Assembly (NCBI GenBank): GCA_050331735.1
Contig: JBHJGN010000015.1
Span: 42,400 to 106,399 of the forward strand
Direction of reading: 5' to 3'
Length of the DNA: 64,000 bases
DNA from: Cyanophyceae cyanobacterium
GTDB lineage: Bacteria > Cyanobacteriota > Cyanobacteriia > Cyanobacteriales > JBHJGN01
The position numbers and the translations under genes were made by a program. The notes beneath the pieces were generated by a model that was not told where the DNA came from, ran no database searches, and saw nothing but the letters and a program-made list of their open reading frames with translations. Numbering within the stretch: position 1 is the first letter of the stretch; every line of letters starts with the position of its first letter. Positions 10,757-22,519 of the stretch are shown piece by piece.

Positions 10757-11911
10757 TCACGAACAAAACTCTTCTAAAAATGTTGTTGCAATTAACGGTA
10801 ATACAAAACAGACAATAGCCGCTTCTGAAGTAAGTGCGTGACTAAATGTAGCCAGTAGTATAGCTAAACCCGCCATTGCTATGCGCCCGAACGCTCTCTG
10901 TAAAGGTAAAGCAGACGAGCGAACAGAATGTACTAGGGTCATCCCGAATAAAGCTGTCGCTGCCCCATAAAATAGGGGGAGAGGAACTCGTGCAGAGAAA
11001 GTCTGTTCGGTTGCAGAAGAAATTGCCAATTCTATCCCTACACCAGTTGCCGCGATTCCGGCAAAGATGGCGATATGTCCGTAGCCGTAAATGAAGCTTT
11101 TGAATAGCTCCTTGTTATTACTCCGCAAAGCCCGATCGACATTTGTCCGATCGAGATCGCTAAAATAAAGCCACCAGAAGCAGACGGCGATCGCAAACCC
11201 GTTAATCGCGGTAAAAATAGTCGATAGCTGCCAGTTGGTATCGGCAACCCCTGTGGCGACAGCAGCCACCGTTTCTCCCAAAACAATCATCGTAAACTGT
11301 CCCAAGCGATAGGGCAGATGAGAACCGTGAACGGGCGTATTAGCAACCGATAGATAAGCCACTAAAGGAGTCGCAATTTCAACGGCTAGCGCCAAACCCC
11401 ACAGAGTAAAACGGGCAGGGGGTTCGACAAACAAAGATGAAAGCCATAAAGCAGCACCGGCACTAAAGCCTGTGATGAAGCGATTACACAGCTTTTTAGT
11501 CTTGTCAACATCTCGACGCGCCCAAACATAGAGGCTAATTAGTAATCCCTGTAGCACTGTATAACATGCCGCAAAACTAAACGACGTTGTGGTTAGAGCA
11601 TCGCGAGTATTCAACGCCAAAGCTAGCACGACCAGCATGGCAATTAACAAAATCACTCTAAAATAAGTTTTGTCGTTCGTGTCAAACAGATCGAAGAAGT
11701 AGCTAAACCCCGTCCAAGCCCACCAAATCGGAATAAATAACGCGGCGTACTTAATCAAGTCTGCCGTACCTAAATGCTGATGGAGATAGCGAGCGAGTTG
11801 CGTTACCGTGACGGCAAAGACGAGATCGAAAAAAACCTCTAGCCAGGTTGCCTGTCTTTGGTTTCCTGGCTGGTTGGGGGTAAAGGCGTTAAGAGAATCC
11901 TCGGACGACAT
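10757..11911 (-). CDS. Low temperature requirement protein A (LtrA) family membrane protein
   Basis: ATWLEVFFDLVFAV, HLPYRLGQFTMIVLGE, WWLYF motifs. Confidence 0.88.
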   Translation of the reverse strand: MSSEDSLNAFTPNQPGNQRQATWLEVFFDLVFAVTVTQLARYLHQHLGTADLIKYAALFIPIWWAWTGFSYFFDLFDTNDKTYFRVILLIAMLVVLALALNTRDALTTTSFSFAACYTVLQGLLISLYVWARRDVDKTKKLCNRFITGFSAGAALWLSSLFVEPPARFTLWGLALAVEIATPLVAYLSVANTPVHGSHLPYRLGQFTMIVLGETVAAVATGVADTNWQLSTIFTAINGFAIAVCFWWLYFSDLDRTNVDRALRSNNKELFKSFIYGYGHIAIFAGIAATGVGIELAISSATEQTFSARVPLPLFYGAATALFGMTLVHSVRSSALPLQRAFGRIAMAGLAILLATFSHALTSEAAIVCFVLPLIATTFLEEFCS

Positions 11912-11963
11912 AAACCATTTTCTTGAGATGCTGCTACACAGATTGACTGGAGGCAAGGGCTAG

Positions 11964-12677
11964 CTATATGAGCAGATTACCACCATTTACTTCCAGCACT
12001 GCACCCGTGATAAACGATTGAGTCATCAGAAACACAGCAGCGCTTCCAATATCTTCGGGTTGGCCAATTCGTCCGGCGGGAACTTGAGCCGCTTGCTGAA
12101 GAAATTCCTCCCGTTCGTCTTCTGGCATGAAGTCCCATAGAGAGGTGTCAATCGCCCCCGGAAGAACTACGTTAAACCGAAGCGGTGCTAGCTCCACCGC
12201 CAGCGCTTTCGCCAGTCCTTCGACAGCACACTGACTCGCAGTAACAATGCTGGCGCCTGGTTGAGGTCTACGGCTGAGACCACCAGTAATAAAGGTAATG
12301 GAGCCGCGTTCAGACATCTTTGGAGCGGCATAGTACGCGCAAGTGTAAGACCCCCAGAACTTACCTTCCATGTATTGGCGAGCAGAGTCAATGGAGTCAA
12401 GAAATTTTCCTCTCGAACCAGGTGCAGCCGTGATGAATAGATGATCGAGCTGTCCGACTTCCTCAAACAGTTGGCGAATCGAGTTGCGGTCAAGAATATC
12501 AAGCTGTAGTGCTTTAGCGTGCCCGTTGATTTGCTCTAGAGCTTTGTCTAGCTTGTCTTGGGAGTGACTAGCAATAACTACCGTTGCGCCTTCTGCTGCT
12601 GCTGCTTGCGCAGCTCCCAAGCCCATGCCGCTACTGCCACCGATGATGACTACTGTTTGTCCCTGTAGTTTATTCAC
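11964..12677 (-). CDS. SDR-family oxidoreductase (atypical)
   Basis: IIGGSSGMG, LAVELAPLRFNVVLPG; catalytic YxxxK position reads VTASQ. Confidence 0.85.
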   Translation of the reverse strand: MNKLQGQTVVIIGGSSGMGLGAAQAAAAEGATVVIASHSQDKLDKALEQINGHAKALQLDILDRNSIRQLFEEVGQLDHLFITAAPGSRGKFLDSIDSARQYMEGKFWGSYTCAYYAAPKMSERGSITFITGGLSRRPQPGASIVTASQCAVEGLAKALAVELAPLRFNVVLPGAIDTSLWDFMPEDEREEFLQQAAQVPAGRIGQPEDIGSAAVFLMTQSFITGAVLEVNGGNLLI

Positions 12678-12678
12678 A

Positions 12679-13356
12679 TCAAGCTCCCGGCTGTCGTCCT
12701 CCTAGTCTTTGCCTGTCTGCTTCTGGAAGCTGACGAACAGAAATTGTGGCATAGGATCCTAGTCCAATACCGCCGATCGCAAAGCGAATAAAGTCTCCTA
12801 GGGCTTCAACCATCCGAGCATTTCGCAGCCCTCCGCAGTCGAGAGGAGAGAAACCAATTTCCTCAGCTAAAGTCATCACCGTTTGCTTCGCTTGCTTATT
12901 GTCGCCGCAGACGAAACAAGAAACGTCGTAATCTTTGAGCGGTTCTGGGCTGAGTTCAAACACTTCCTGCGCCATTGTATTAAAGGCTTTCACTGTGTAT
13001 GCATCCGGTATATCTGCCGCTAGCTTCTCGGCTAGAGATTCTTCCATCATCGAATCGAAGGCGTAGTTTTTCGGTATTTCTCGGTTGTTGCAGTCAATAA
13101 CTACCTTACCCGATAGAAATTGAGGGTTAGATAAAACTTGAGAAGGCATTACGCCTCGTACCGAATAAAAAATTACCTCTCCAAAAATGGCTGCCTCATC
13201 GTCAGAGCCACCCTTAGCTCCGTGTCCGGCAAATTCAGCAACGGACTGACCCTTTTCAGCCTCGCGGGAGCCGAAAAACACGTCATGTCCCTGTTCTGCC
13301 CACAAGATCCCTAACGCTCTTGCCATATTTCCTGTCCCAATTGTGCTGATTTTCAT
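12679..13356 (-). CDS. NADPH-dependent F420 reductase-like / NAD(P)-binding oxidoreductase
   Basis: IGTGNMA, FGSR, VIDCNN, VKAFNT, CGD, DCGGL. Confidence 0.85.
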   Translation of the reverse strand: MKISTIGTGNMARALGILWAEQGHDVFFGSREAEKGQSVAEFAGHGAKGGSDDEAAIFGEVIFYSVRGVMPSQVLSNPQFLSGKVVIDCNNREIPKNYAFDSMMEESLAEKLAADIPDAYTVKAFNTMAQEVFELSPEPLKDYDVSCFVCGDNKQAKQTVMTLAEEIGFSPLDCGGLRNARMVEALGDFIRFAIGGIGLGSYATISVRQLPEADRQRLGGRQPGA

Positions 13357-13543
13357 AGAATAAACTCTCTAGGGAATCAAAATAAGCTATTAATTAACGA
13401 ACACTTTCTACAAGAAAATTTTGTCTCTCTTATCTGAGGTGTAGTAATCGCCCAGATTCTCCTTGGCAATAAGTTGGGTAAGGTTGAAGCTAAAGCGAGT
13501 TCAAACCCTTTTTGACAATCATTTTGTCAGCAGAGACAGCGCT

Positions 13544-14260
13544 TTAAACTGGCTGATTTCTAGGAACGACTAACAGCCTGGGAACTAATACATCCTCCGG
13601 CTGCTCCAATACATAGCGAACGCAGCGAGCAATATCCTCTGGCTTGAGCGCACCGCCCGCTTTAATTTGAGATTCACTGTCTTCATCCCAGCTATCATAC
13701 AGTCCCGTGTCTACTGTTCCGGGTTCAATTGCCGCTACTTTGATTCCCGTTCCTGCCAGTTCCATGCGCAGAGAATCGGTAAAGGCTTCGACAGCGTGTT
13801 TTGTGCCGCTGTAAGCCCCGTAAGTGGCAGCCGTTTTCAGTCCTGAAATACTAGAGGTATTGATTAAAAAGCCGCTCCCTGTTTTCTTGAAGTGCTTGAG
13901 TACCGTGTAAGCCATGCGGTAAACTGACTCAACGTTGAGTCTTGCCATCAGACAGATCTTGTCGATGTCGATTTCTTCAATCGCACCGACGCTCATCATC
14001 CCGGCGTTGTTCACCAAGACATCTAGCTGACCAAAAGAGTCTAAGGCAAAATCAAGGAGCTTTTGGGCTGTATCAGGCTCGGTAATGCTGGCTGCATAGA
14101 CTTTGGCGTTTTGACAGGAATCAGCTAAATCTTGCAGCTTGCCTTCAGAACGAGCAGTAAGAATGAGCTTCATTCCGGCTTTATCTAGCTCATCGGCGAT
14201 CGCCTTACCAATCCCACTACTGGCACCGGTAATGAGAGCGACTTTATCTTGCAAATCCAT
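13544..14260 (-). CDS. SDR-family oxidoreductase
   Basis: TGASSGIG, VNNAG, YSGTK. Confidence 0.92.
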   Translation of the reverse strand: MDLQDKVALITGASSGIGKAIADELDKAGMKLILTARSEGKLQDLADSCQNAKVYAASITEPDTAQKLLDFALDSFGQLDVLVNNAGMMSVGAIEEIDIDKICLMARLNVESVYRMAYTVLKHFKKTGSGFLINTSSISGLKTAATYGAYSGTKHAVEAFTDSLRMELAGTGIKVAAIEPGTVDTGLYDSWDEDSESQIKAGGALKPEDIARCVRYVLEQPEDVLVPRLLVVPRNQPV

Positions 14261-14262
14261 GT

Positions 14263-15762
14263 TTATTCTCCTGATGACAGATCTATCCAAACCGTTTTAG
14301 TTTGCAGATAATATTGCAAGCTTTCTCGACCTAATTCCCGTCCGTAGCCACTCATCTTGTAGCCGCCGAAGGGACACGAAGGATCGAATTGACCGTAGGT
14401 ATTAACCCAGATGATACCAGCTTCGAGTTGAGCCGCTGCACGATGAACCTTGTTAAGATCTCTACTTTGAATTCCTGCTGCGAGTCCATACTGGCTGCTG
14501 TTAGCAATTTTAATAGCATCTTCAAAAGTGTCAAAAGGAATGATGACCAGGATTGGCCCAAAGGTTTCCTCTTGAGCAATGGTCATACTTTGTTCAACGT
14601 CAGCAAATACGGTTGGTTCAACAAAATAGCCTTTGCCAGTGCCAATATCGGCAGCCTTACCGCCAGTTACCAACCTTGCGCCATCTTTTTGCCCAATATC
14701 CATGTAGCGCAGGACGTTATCGTACTCGCTTTTACTAGCGATAGGACCGACTTGAGTTTCTGAATCTAGAGGATCGCCCAGCTTCAGGCTCGCGGCTTTT
14801 TGCCTAACTTGCTCGATGACCTCATCGTAAACAGAACGCTCGACTAGCATTCGAGAACCAGCATAGCAGATCTCGCCTTTATTATCGAAAATACTGTAAA
14901 AAGCGAGATTGTTAATCTTTTTCAAGTCAGCATCGGCAAAAACGATATTGGCAGATTTTCCTCCCAGTTCCATCGTCAGATGCTTAACCGTATCGGCAGA
15001 ACTTTCGATCACGCGGACGCCGCTGCCAGTAGAGCCTGTAATTGCTACCTTTTCCACATTGGGATGGGTAGAAAGTAAGTTGCCAACTACGCTACCAGAC
15101 CCCGTGACTAAATTGAAAACTCCGGTTGGTAACCCTGCTTCCTGCATAATTTCCGCCATCTTAACAGCGGATAGGGGAGTAGAGGAGGCTGGCTTGTGAA
15201 CGACGCAGTTGCCAGTAGCTAAGGCAGGAGCGAATTTTTGAGCTGCCAGAACGAGGGGAAAGTTAAATGGCGAAATGGCTCCGACTACTCCTAATGGCTC
15301 CTGTAATGTATATACATGGGCATTTCTAGCTGCTTGCTTAACAGAACCTTCAACGATCGACGCTAATCCGGCATAGTAATGGTAAAGAGAAGTCAGATGG
15401 GGAATATCAATCGCCATGCTTTCAGAATACAAGCGACCCATTTCTTTCGCCTGTAAAAAAGCTAATTCTTCACCGTATTTGGTAATTAGATCGCCAATTC
15501 TCCAAAGGTATTCTGCGCGATCGTGTCCGCTCATCTGTCGCCAAGGACCACCGTTAAAGGCGTGACTCGCTGCTTTGATGGCTGCCTCGGTGTCTTCTTC
15601 ATTAGCCTCAACGACTTGGGTTAAAATTTCTTCTGTCGTCGGGTCGATAACATTAGTTTTATTACCATCTCCTCCATCACGGAATTCGTTGTTGATAAAC
15701 AGCTTTCCTGGTTTGATAGAAAAGTTAGGGCGCAAGCTTTTTGACTCTGTAGAAGACTGCAT
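14263..15762 (-). CDS. NAD-dependent aldehyde dehydrogenase
   Basis: PFNFP, ITGS, MELGGKS, GEICYAGSR, EETFGP, PFGGYKMSGYGRE. Confidence 0.95.
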   Translation of the reverse strand: MQSSTESKSLRPNFSIKPGKLFINNEFRDGGDGNKTNVIDPTTEEILTQVVEANEEDTEAAIKAASHAFNGGPWRQMSGHDRAEYLWRIGDLITKYGEELAFLQAKEMGRLYSESMAIDIPHLTSLYHYYAGLASIVEGSVKQAARNAHVYTLQEPLGVVGAISPFNFPLVLAAQKFAPALATGNCVVHKPASSTPLSAVKMAEIMQEAGLPTGVFNLVTGSGSVVGNLLSTHPNVEKVAITGSTGSGVRVIESSADTVKHLTMELGGKSANIVFADADLKKINNLAFYSIFDNKGEICYAGSRMLVERSVYDEVIEQVRQKAASLKLGDPLDSETQVGPIASKSEYDNVLRYMDIGQKDGARLVTGGKAADIGTGKGYFVEPTVFADVEQSMTIAQEETFGPILVIIPFDTFEDAIKIANSSQYGLAAGIQSRDLNKVHRAAAQLEAGIIWVNTYGQFDPSCPFGGYKMSGYGRELGRESLQYYLQTKTVWIDLSSGE

Positions 15763-15836
15763 GAATAATCCTTCAGCCGAGTTATTCTTGACTGGATTTT
15801 GCAAGTAGTTCAAGCGACCATACCATTAGCGATGAA

Positions 15837-15856
15837 TAGTTACCAAACAGAAACTA
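15837..15856. promoter_or_regulatory. Candidate operator of the HxlR-family regulator
   Basis: TAGTTAC-N6-GAAACTA, one mismatch from a perfect palindrome, in the ~100-bp divergent intergenic region. Confidence 0.5.
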
Positions 15857-15864
15857 ATAAAAGG

Positions 15865-16578
15865 ATGAACCAGTCTCAGACGCAGTATAGTTGTCCCGTA
15901 GAGGTTACGGTAGAAGTAATTGGAGGAAAATGGAAATGCACGATTCTCTGGTGGCTGAGAAGAGGACCAAAAAGATTTGGAGAATTGTTGCAGTTGATCC
16001 CGAGAATCAACCGCAAGGTTTTAACGAACCAACTGCGCGAATTGGAAAGAGACGGATTAATTGAACGACAGGCTTATCAAGAAAGACCCCCACGGGTCGA
16101 ATATTCGCTAACTTCTTTAGGTGAGACCCTAGAGCCGATTACGAATTTAATGTGCGATTGGGGTAAAGTTCAGAAGCCCGGCTATATCTTTGGCTTACTA
16201 GATCTTGAGGGAGTTAACATTTTAGTTGTGGCAGACGATCCCAGTGCAAGCGAACAGATCCGTGTAGAGTTAGGAACAATTCGCGGCGCACAGGTATCTA
16301 CTGTATCTCTCGTTTTAGTGTCTGAAAGCCTGCCTCAGATACATCCCGATGCTGTTGTTGTCGATCTCAGTGACTTTGGTGGAAATCTAAGCCCTCTGAT
16401 TCGCCAAATTCAACTTTTGACGACAAGCTCAGGCGAACAGACTCCAGCAATTGCTTTGGCGGAAGGGGGAGAGCGCACTCAAGCTTTTTCTAGCGGTTTT
16501 AAGCTGATTTTAGCTAAGCCATTTGAACCATCGGAATTAGTGGCGGCGATCGCCAGCGTTACTGGCACATTTGAATAA
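15865..16578 (+). CDS. HxlR/DUF24-family winged-helix regulator fused to a receiver-like domain
   Basis: SCPVEVTVEVIGGKWK, RFGEL, LRELERDGLI, PPRVEYSLT; C-terminal ILVVADD..PDAVVVDL..KPFEPSEL. Confidence 0.87.
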   Translation: MNQSQTQYSCPVEVTVEVIGGKWKCTILWWLRRGPKRFGELLQLIPRINRKVLTNQLRELERDGLIERQAYQERPPRVEYSLTSLGETLEPITNLMCDWGKVQKPGYIFGLLDLEGVNILVVADDPSASEQIRVELGTIRGAQVSTVSLVLVSESLPQIHPDAVVVDLSDFGGNLSPLIRQIQLLTTSSGEQTPAIALAEGGERTQAFSSGFKLILAKPFEPSELVAAIASVTGTFE

Positions 16579-16677
16579 ATTCTATCGTTCTGAAAATTAT
16601 CGTCGGCCACTTGAGTTGCTAGTGCCGAATAGCTCTACTAGATGTTCCAGGCGATCGCCTCACTACTCCTTTTTAGT

Positions 16678-17523
16678 TTACTCACACAGATAACCTGCAT
16701 GATGACGAATATGGTCTTCCATAAAGGTAGAAATTGTAAAGTAGCTATGGTCGTAGCCTGCTTGAAGACGGAGGTCGACCTGTTGCCCTGCATTCTCAGC
16801 AGCTTGAGCAAACACTTCTGGGAGAAGCTGCTGCTGGGAGTAGAACGAATCATCCGTTCCCTGGTCAATGAGAATTGTGGTATCTAACTGTACCTGCTGC
16901 ACTAATTCAGAAGCATCGTATTTGCGCCAGTGTCTCTGTTCGCTTCCTAAATAAGCAGTAAACGCTTTTTGCCCCCAAGGAGCCTGCATCGGGGCGGCAA
17001 TCGGCGCAAAAGCAGATACAGACAGGTATTTTCCTGGATTTTTCAAAGCACACACCAGTGCGCCATGTCCTCCCATTGAATGACCAAAAATTCCTTGCTT
17101 GTCCGTTACGCTAAAGTTAGCGGCAATTAGTTCCGGTAACTCTTGGGTAACGTAGCTATACATGCGATAGTGTTTACGCCAAGGTTCAGTAGTAGCATCA
17201 ACATAAAAACCAGCACCACAGCCTAAATCCCAATCCTCATCCTCGACCGCAATTCCCGTGTTGCGAGGGCTAGTATCTGGCACAACTAGCATAATACCGT
17301 GTTGAGCCGCGTAGCGCTGCGCTCCAGCTTTCACCGTAAAGTTTTCTTCTGTACAGGTTAACCCCGATAGGTAGTAAAGCACCGGGACAGCCTGAGATTC
17401 AGCCTGCGGCGGTACGTATACAGCAAAGCGCATTTCGCTATTACACGCCTGAGATGAATGAGAATAATAGCCAACAGTTCCGCCAAAGCAGCGGTATGCC
17501 GATTTAATATTGAGTGAAGACAT
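16678..17523 (-). CDS. fghA: S-formylglutathione hydrolase
   Basis: [35 protein letters not shown]. Confidence 0.95.
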   Translation of the reverse strand: MSSLNIKSAYRCFGGTVGYYSHSSQACNSEMRFAVYVPPQAESQAVPVLYYLSGLTCTEENFTVKAGAQRYAAQHGIMLVVPDTSPRNTGIAVEDEDWDLGCGAGFYVDATTEPWRKHYRMYSYVTQELPELIAANFSVTDKQGIFGHSMGGHGALVCALKNPGKYLSVSAFAPIAAPMQAPWGQKAFTAYLGSEQRHWRKYDASELVQQVQLDTTILIDQGTDDSFYSQQQLLPEVFAQAAENAGQQVDLRLQAGYDHSYFTISTFMEDHIRHHAGYLCE

Positions 17524-17526
17524 AGA

Positions 17527-17931
17527 TTAGGCTTTACGTTCCTCTGAGTAACTTTTCAGTTCGGGCATTTTGGGAAACCAGGACAGTCGCCGCGTTATCC
17601 AAGTTTGATAAGCGAGCGGAGGTAACTTCTCTGGTTCGTCTAGACTACCAAGAAAAATATCTATTTCTAGACTGTCTTGCTCTTGAAAAAATAGGAGAGA
17701 ACCGCAGTTACCGCAGAAGTGACGAGTTCCGTGAGGAGATGACTGAAAAGAACGCGGTTCTCCTCTAATCACTTCAACCCCTTGACGAAGAAAGATGGCA
17801 AAAGCGGAGGCAGGACCACCAGCTTGTCGTCTACAGGTCCGACAGTGACACAACATCGTGCGGAGAGGTTCGCCATTGATGCGGTAGTGGATTTTTCCAC
17901 AGAGACAACCCCCTGTATAGTAGGTACTCAT
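17527..17931 (-). CDS. GFA-family (glutathione-dependent formaldehyde-activating) protein
   Basis: GGCLCG, CHCRTCRR, RHFCGNCGS. Confidence 0.9.
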   Translation of the reverse strand: MSTYYTGGCLCGKIHYRINGEPLRTMLCHCRTCRRQAGGPASAFAIFLRQGVEVIRGEPRSFQSSPHGTRHFCGNCGSLLFFQEQDSLEIDIFLGSLDEPEKLPPLAYQTWITRRLSWFPKMPELKSYSEERKA

Positions 17932-17932
17932 C

Positions 17933-19099
<1,167 letters not shown>

Positions 19100-19571
19100 T
19101 TACACCGATATCGACCAGTTCCTCTGCGGATAACACTGAGCAAAAATTTAACAAAGCGGACTGAAAACGCTCAAAGCTTGACCAACGGTCAGCGCCATTT
19201 AAAATAGGCGATCGCATCTTCAGTGTGGCTGCTAAACTAAGCAGTAAGGCTCTTCACTCAATTCTGATTGTCAACTGTATGATACCGAGTCAAGGCTTCG
19301 GGAACACAGAATCGTCGCGGTGGACGGTTAAGAAGATAGATTTTGCTAGCTTAAGACCTAGACCTGGTTGGTAAGCCTCTTATTTAGTACAGCACGACCA
19401 AGCTTCAATTTTAGATTCGCCTTTAAAAAGCAGCGAGAGGAAATCGAGCAATCTCTCTGATTGATCGCTGATTGACTCAGCTACTCTGTCACCCAAGCGA
19501 TACTTATTTCACAACTACAACCACTATGTCCCGGTAAGACCTTTCCTGGAGCGGGAAACCAGGAATATTTT

Positions 19572-20432
19572 ATGAAAATTAGCGAGAAGAGTGAACTGTT
19601 TCATCACTACCAACGAGGAGAGCGCAACTTTCAAAGAATCGATCTATCTGGAGCTAGTCTCCGTAAAGCTAAACTAAATCGCGCTCATTTTAGCCAAACC
19701 TATTTCAGACAAGCAGATTTAGCCCGTGTTCAATTGATCGGCTCTCATCTTGTTCACGTCGATTTTTATCAAGCTAACCTATTCAACGCTAATCTTATTG
19801 AAGCTACTTGCTTTCAGTCTAACTTTACCACCGCTACCCTAATTAAAGCAGACCTCAGCGGTGCAGTGCTCACCCACTCTATCTTTAATGGTGCCGACTT
19901 GAGCCATGCTTGCTTAATTAGCAGCAGTCTCATTAAAACTTATTTTCTCCAGGCTAAGCTTCAGTCAGCCAACCTCACAAAAGCAACATTGACGCAAGCG
20001 ACTTTAGCGCAAGCCAATCTACGCAGTGCAGTACTGACTGGAGCAATCCTGGCTGAGGCCAGCTTGGAACAAGCGAATTTAAGACGGGCAAACTTAATTC
20101 GAGCTTATCTCCATCAAGCTAATTTAAGCGGAGCCTCCTTACAAGGAGCCGATTTAAGTAGCGCTTATCTGCAAGCGGCTAATTTAGCGTTTGCCGACTT
20201 AGCAGGCGCTAACTTAGAAGGAGCGAATCTGACAGGTGCTAATTTGGTTGGGGCCAACCTCCGGCGAACGAATCTTCAGGATTCTCAACTGAGTCAGGCC
20301 AATCTTCAGGGAGCTCGGTTGCTGGGAGCTAACCTTACTGGCAGTAACTTACTGAACGCTAAATTAGACGATGCCGCTCTTTCTCAGGGCGAATCCGTAG
20401 CCAGCAAACTGATTCCTGACGGGCGTTACTGA
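19572..20432 (+). CDS. Pentapeptide repeat protein
   Basis: YQRGERNF start followed by continuous A(D/N)Lxx repeats. Confidence 0.92.
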   Translation: MKISEKSELFHHYQRGERNFQRIDLSGASLRKAKLNRAHFSQTYFRQADLARVQLIGSHLVHVDFYQANLFNANLIEATCFQSNFTTATLIKADLSGAVLTHSIFNGADLSHACLISSSLIKTYFLQAKLQSANLTKATLTQATLAQANLRSAVLTGAILAEASLEQANLRRANLIRAYLHQANLSGASLQGADLSSAYLQAANLAFADLAGANLEGANLTGANLVGANLRRTNLQDSQLSQANLQGARLLGANLTGSNLLNAKLDDAALSQGESVASKLIPDGRY

Positions 20433-20777
20433 ATCCAAGGATATCTTTAACCCCTAGCCCCTCAGCGCCTCTGCCTTCCCCACGCCAACCTTGGGGAAGG
20501 CTAATAAGGCTCGACGCTCATCTGCCCTTACCCACAAAACGCCGAGGAGAAAAACCTGAAGGAGAGCTAGTTTTTGCTGGCGTAAACAGGAGTTATGTCT
20601 TTAATATGGGGATAGCGAAACGGCTTAGGCATTGGACACCACCAAAATGTCAGGCCAATTTCTCAAGGTCAGCTCAAGCGAGTCCTTAGATCTGTGCCTA
20701 AAGGCTCTATTCACTGAGATGCTGTTCTATGCTATGTCTAGTTTTAAGTTCATCTAGTACGGAGTCAATTGATAAGA

Positions 20778-21170
20778 ATGGCAAAAGTGGGAACCCACCT
20801 GGTTGTCGATGCTTGGGAAGCCCCGGCAGACCTGTTAAATAGCCCTGAATGTATTCGTCTAGCTCTCATAGCAGCTATTTCTGCCGGAGAAGCGACTTTG
20901 ATCGATTTATGCGTACACCAGTTTAGTCCCCATGGAGTCACAGCGACAGCTACGTTAGCCGAGTCTCACATTGCTATTCACACTTGGCCTGAGCATGGCT
21001 ACTTTGCAGCAGACCTATTTTTTTGCGGGTCAGGGAAACCCGAACAGGCTATGGCAGTTTTGCAAACGGCACTACAGGCCAAGCAGGTAGCGGTCAAAGC
21101 AGTGGAACGGGGTTTTCCCGCGCCGGAAGCTCAGCCGTGGCAAGATTCGATGTACCAAGGTGTTGCCTAA
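20778..21170 (+). CDS. speD: S-adenosylmethionine decarboxylase proenzyme
   Basis: GTHLVVD, HQFSPHGVT, LAESHIAIHTWPE, DLFFCG. Confidence 0.9.
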   Translation: MAKVGTHLVVDAWEAPADLLNSPECIRLALIAAISAGEATLIDLCVHQFSPHGVTATATLAESHIAIHTWPEHGYFAADLFFCGSGKPEQAMAVLQTALQAKQVAVKAVERGFPAPEAQPWQDSMYQGVA

Positions 21171-21206
21171 GGAAAGCGATCGCTCTCCCGCTATTGACCA
21201 TAATTT

Positions 21207-21506
21207 GTGAATGTGCTAGTAGCAGAAACAATCTTGATTGTGCTTTTGGGGTTAATTCCCGCTTTGCTATCCATTATCGCGATTCGTAGGACAAAGCGAA
21301 GATGGCAGACAAGGTTCAGGCAAGCCCGCACAGCCTCTTTTTATCGGCAGGTCCGCTCAAGCTACTTATCAACCCCGAACGAAGCAGCACCTAAACCTTT
21401 TGTTGGCGATACTAGCTGTCGCTTTAATGCTCGTTCTCCCTATCTGCGCTGTGCTGTTAATCCTGATGGTCCCTGTGAGGAGTGTATTCATTACGAGACA
21501 AAATAA
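21207..21506 (+). CDS. Small cyanobacterial membrane protein with Cys-rich C-terminus (DUF6464-like)
   Basis: TM helix then GDTSCRFNARSPYLRCAVNPDGPCEEC. Confidence 0.75.
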   Translation: MNVLVAETILIVLLGLIPALLSIIAIRRTKRRWQTRFRQARTASFYRQVRSSYLSTPNEAAPKPFVGDTSCRFNARSPYLRCAVNPDGPCEECIHYETK

Positions 21507-21508
21507 GT

Positions 21509-21690
21509 GTCCGGTGCGGGACGGGAAATAGTCTCTACGGGACGGGGAAAGGGGAAATAGTTCCTGCGGAACGGGGAAAGGGGAAAGGAAAATCAGTCGC
21601 TCCGCGACGGGGAAAGAACACAGGCTCAGGAAAAAACCGGGTAATTACTTCCTTTCCCGTTGCGGAGCAACTTTTCCCTTTTCCCCCCGC
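21509..21690. repeat. Mini-hairpin/GGGGAAA composite element (forward arm, spacer, inverted arm)
   Basis: Four forward hairpin+G-tract units, AAGAACACAGG spacer, C-tract+GTTGCGGAGCAAC. Confidence 0.85.
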
Positions 21691-22362
21691 CTATGGCGCT
21701 ACACCCACTTGCTCGCACATAGACAGCACTGGACAGGTAGAACAATGGGGCCGCCTGCCTGTACAAATATGCTTTCCAAAGGGAACGAGTAGCTGATTGA
21801 TTTCAATCCAGTAGTCGTGCGGCAGCTTGGCCTCTAGAGCTTGTGTGGTCTTCTCTGGAGCAGTGGTTTGTATGTAGCCCCAGCGGTTGGTTACTCGATG
21901 GACGTGGGTATCGACGCTGATAGTAGGCTGTTGGCAGGCGATGCCGAGAGCAAGATGAGCGCACTTGGGTCCGACGCCTTTAAATGAAAGCATTACATCC
22001 TCATCACAGGGAAGTTCACCACCGTACTCTGTCATCAGTTGCTGGGCGATCGCTAAAATTTGCTGGGCTTTCCGCTCAGAGTAGGTGCTTTCGCGAATCA
22101 AGTTGTGGATGTCGGCAGCAGCTAGAATACTCATTTGCCGAGGAGTGCGGGCACGAGCAAACAAACGGCGAGAAACCGGCAGGCTGACTTCATCGTAGGT
22201 CCGAATCGAAATCAGACAGGCCACAAGCTGCTCAAAAGGAGAGGTGTAGCCTTCATCAGCAAGAGCAAACATAGCGGCTTTTGGGAAAGGACGCACGGCT
22301 TCCCGCAAAAGCTTAATCACTTCATCAATATCAAACGAGCGCTTCACGTTTTGATTCCTCAT
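21691..22362 (-). CDS. nth: Endonuclease III / HhH-GPD DNA glycosylase
   Basis: PFEQLVACLIS, HhH FKGVGPKCA, VDTHVHR, 4Fe-4S C-x6-C-x2-C-x5-C. Confidence 0.9.
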   Translation of the reverse strand: MRNQNVKRSFDIDEVIKLLREAVRPFPKAAMFALADEGYTSPFEQLVACLISIRTYDEVSLPVSRRLFARARTPRQMSILAAADIHNLIRESTYSERKAQQILAIAQQLMTEYGGELPCDEDVMLSFKGVGPKCAHLALGIACQQPTISVDTHVHRVTNRWGYIQTTAPEKTTQALEAKLPHDYWIEINQLLVPFGKHICTGRRPHCSTCPVLSMCEQVGVAP

Positions 22363-22373
22363 CGGTTTGTCAA

Positions 22374-22455
22374 GTCCTGAAAGGACAGTTTCCCCTTTCC
22401 CCGTCCTGAAAGGACATTTCTCCTTTTCCCGTGCCGCAGGCACTGCCCTTTCCCG
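22374..22455 (-). repeat. Mini-hairpin/GGGGAAA block (inverted)
   Basis: GTCCT-GAA-AGGAC x2 and GTGCC-GCA-GGCAC, with TTTCCCC tracts. Confidence 0.85.
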
Positions 22456-22519
22456 TCGGCGCTTGTCGTGACCTTTGTTATGACCACTGTGACATAGAGC
22501 GCGTGATAGAAGAATAGGT

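Noticed and set aside
21509..21690. Hairpin/G-tract blocks as a CRISPR array
   Set aside because: No constant repeat alternating with unique 30-40 nt spacers; units are irregular, inverted and dispersed
21482..21796. Short ORFs rich in GKGKG or PFP (also 3892, 29352, 29464, 33481, 34875, 39071, 39265)
   Set aside because: Open frames produced by the stop-poor repeats; no independent coding evidence
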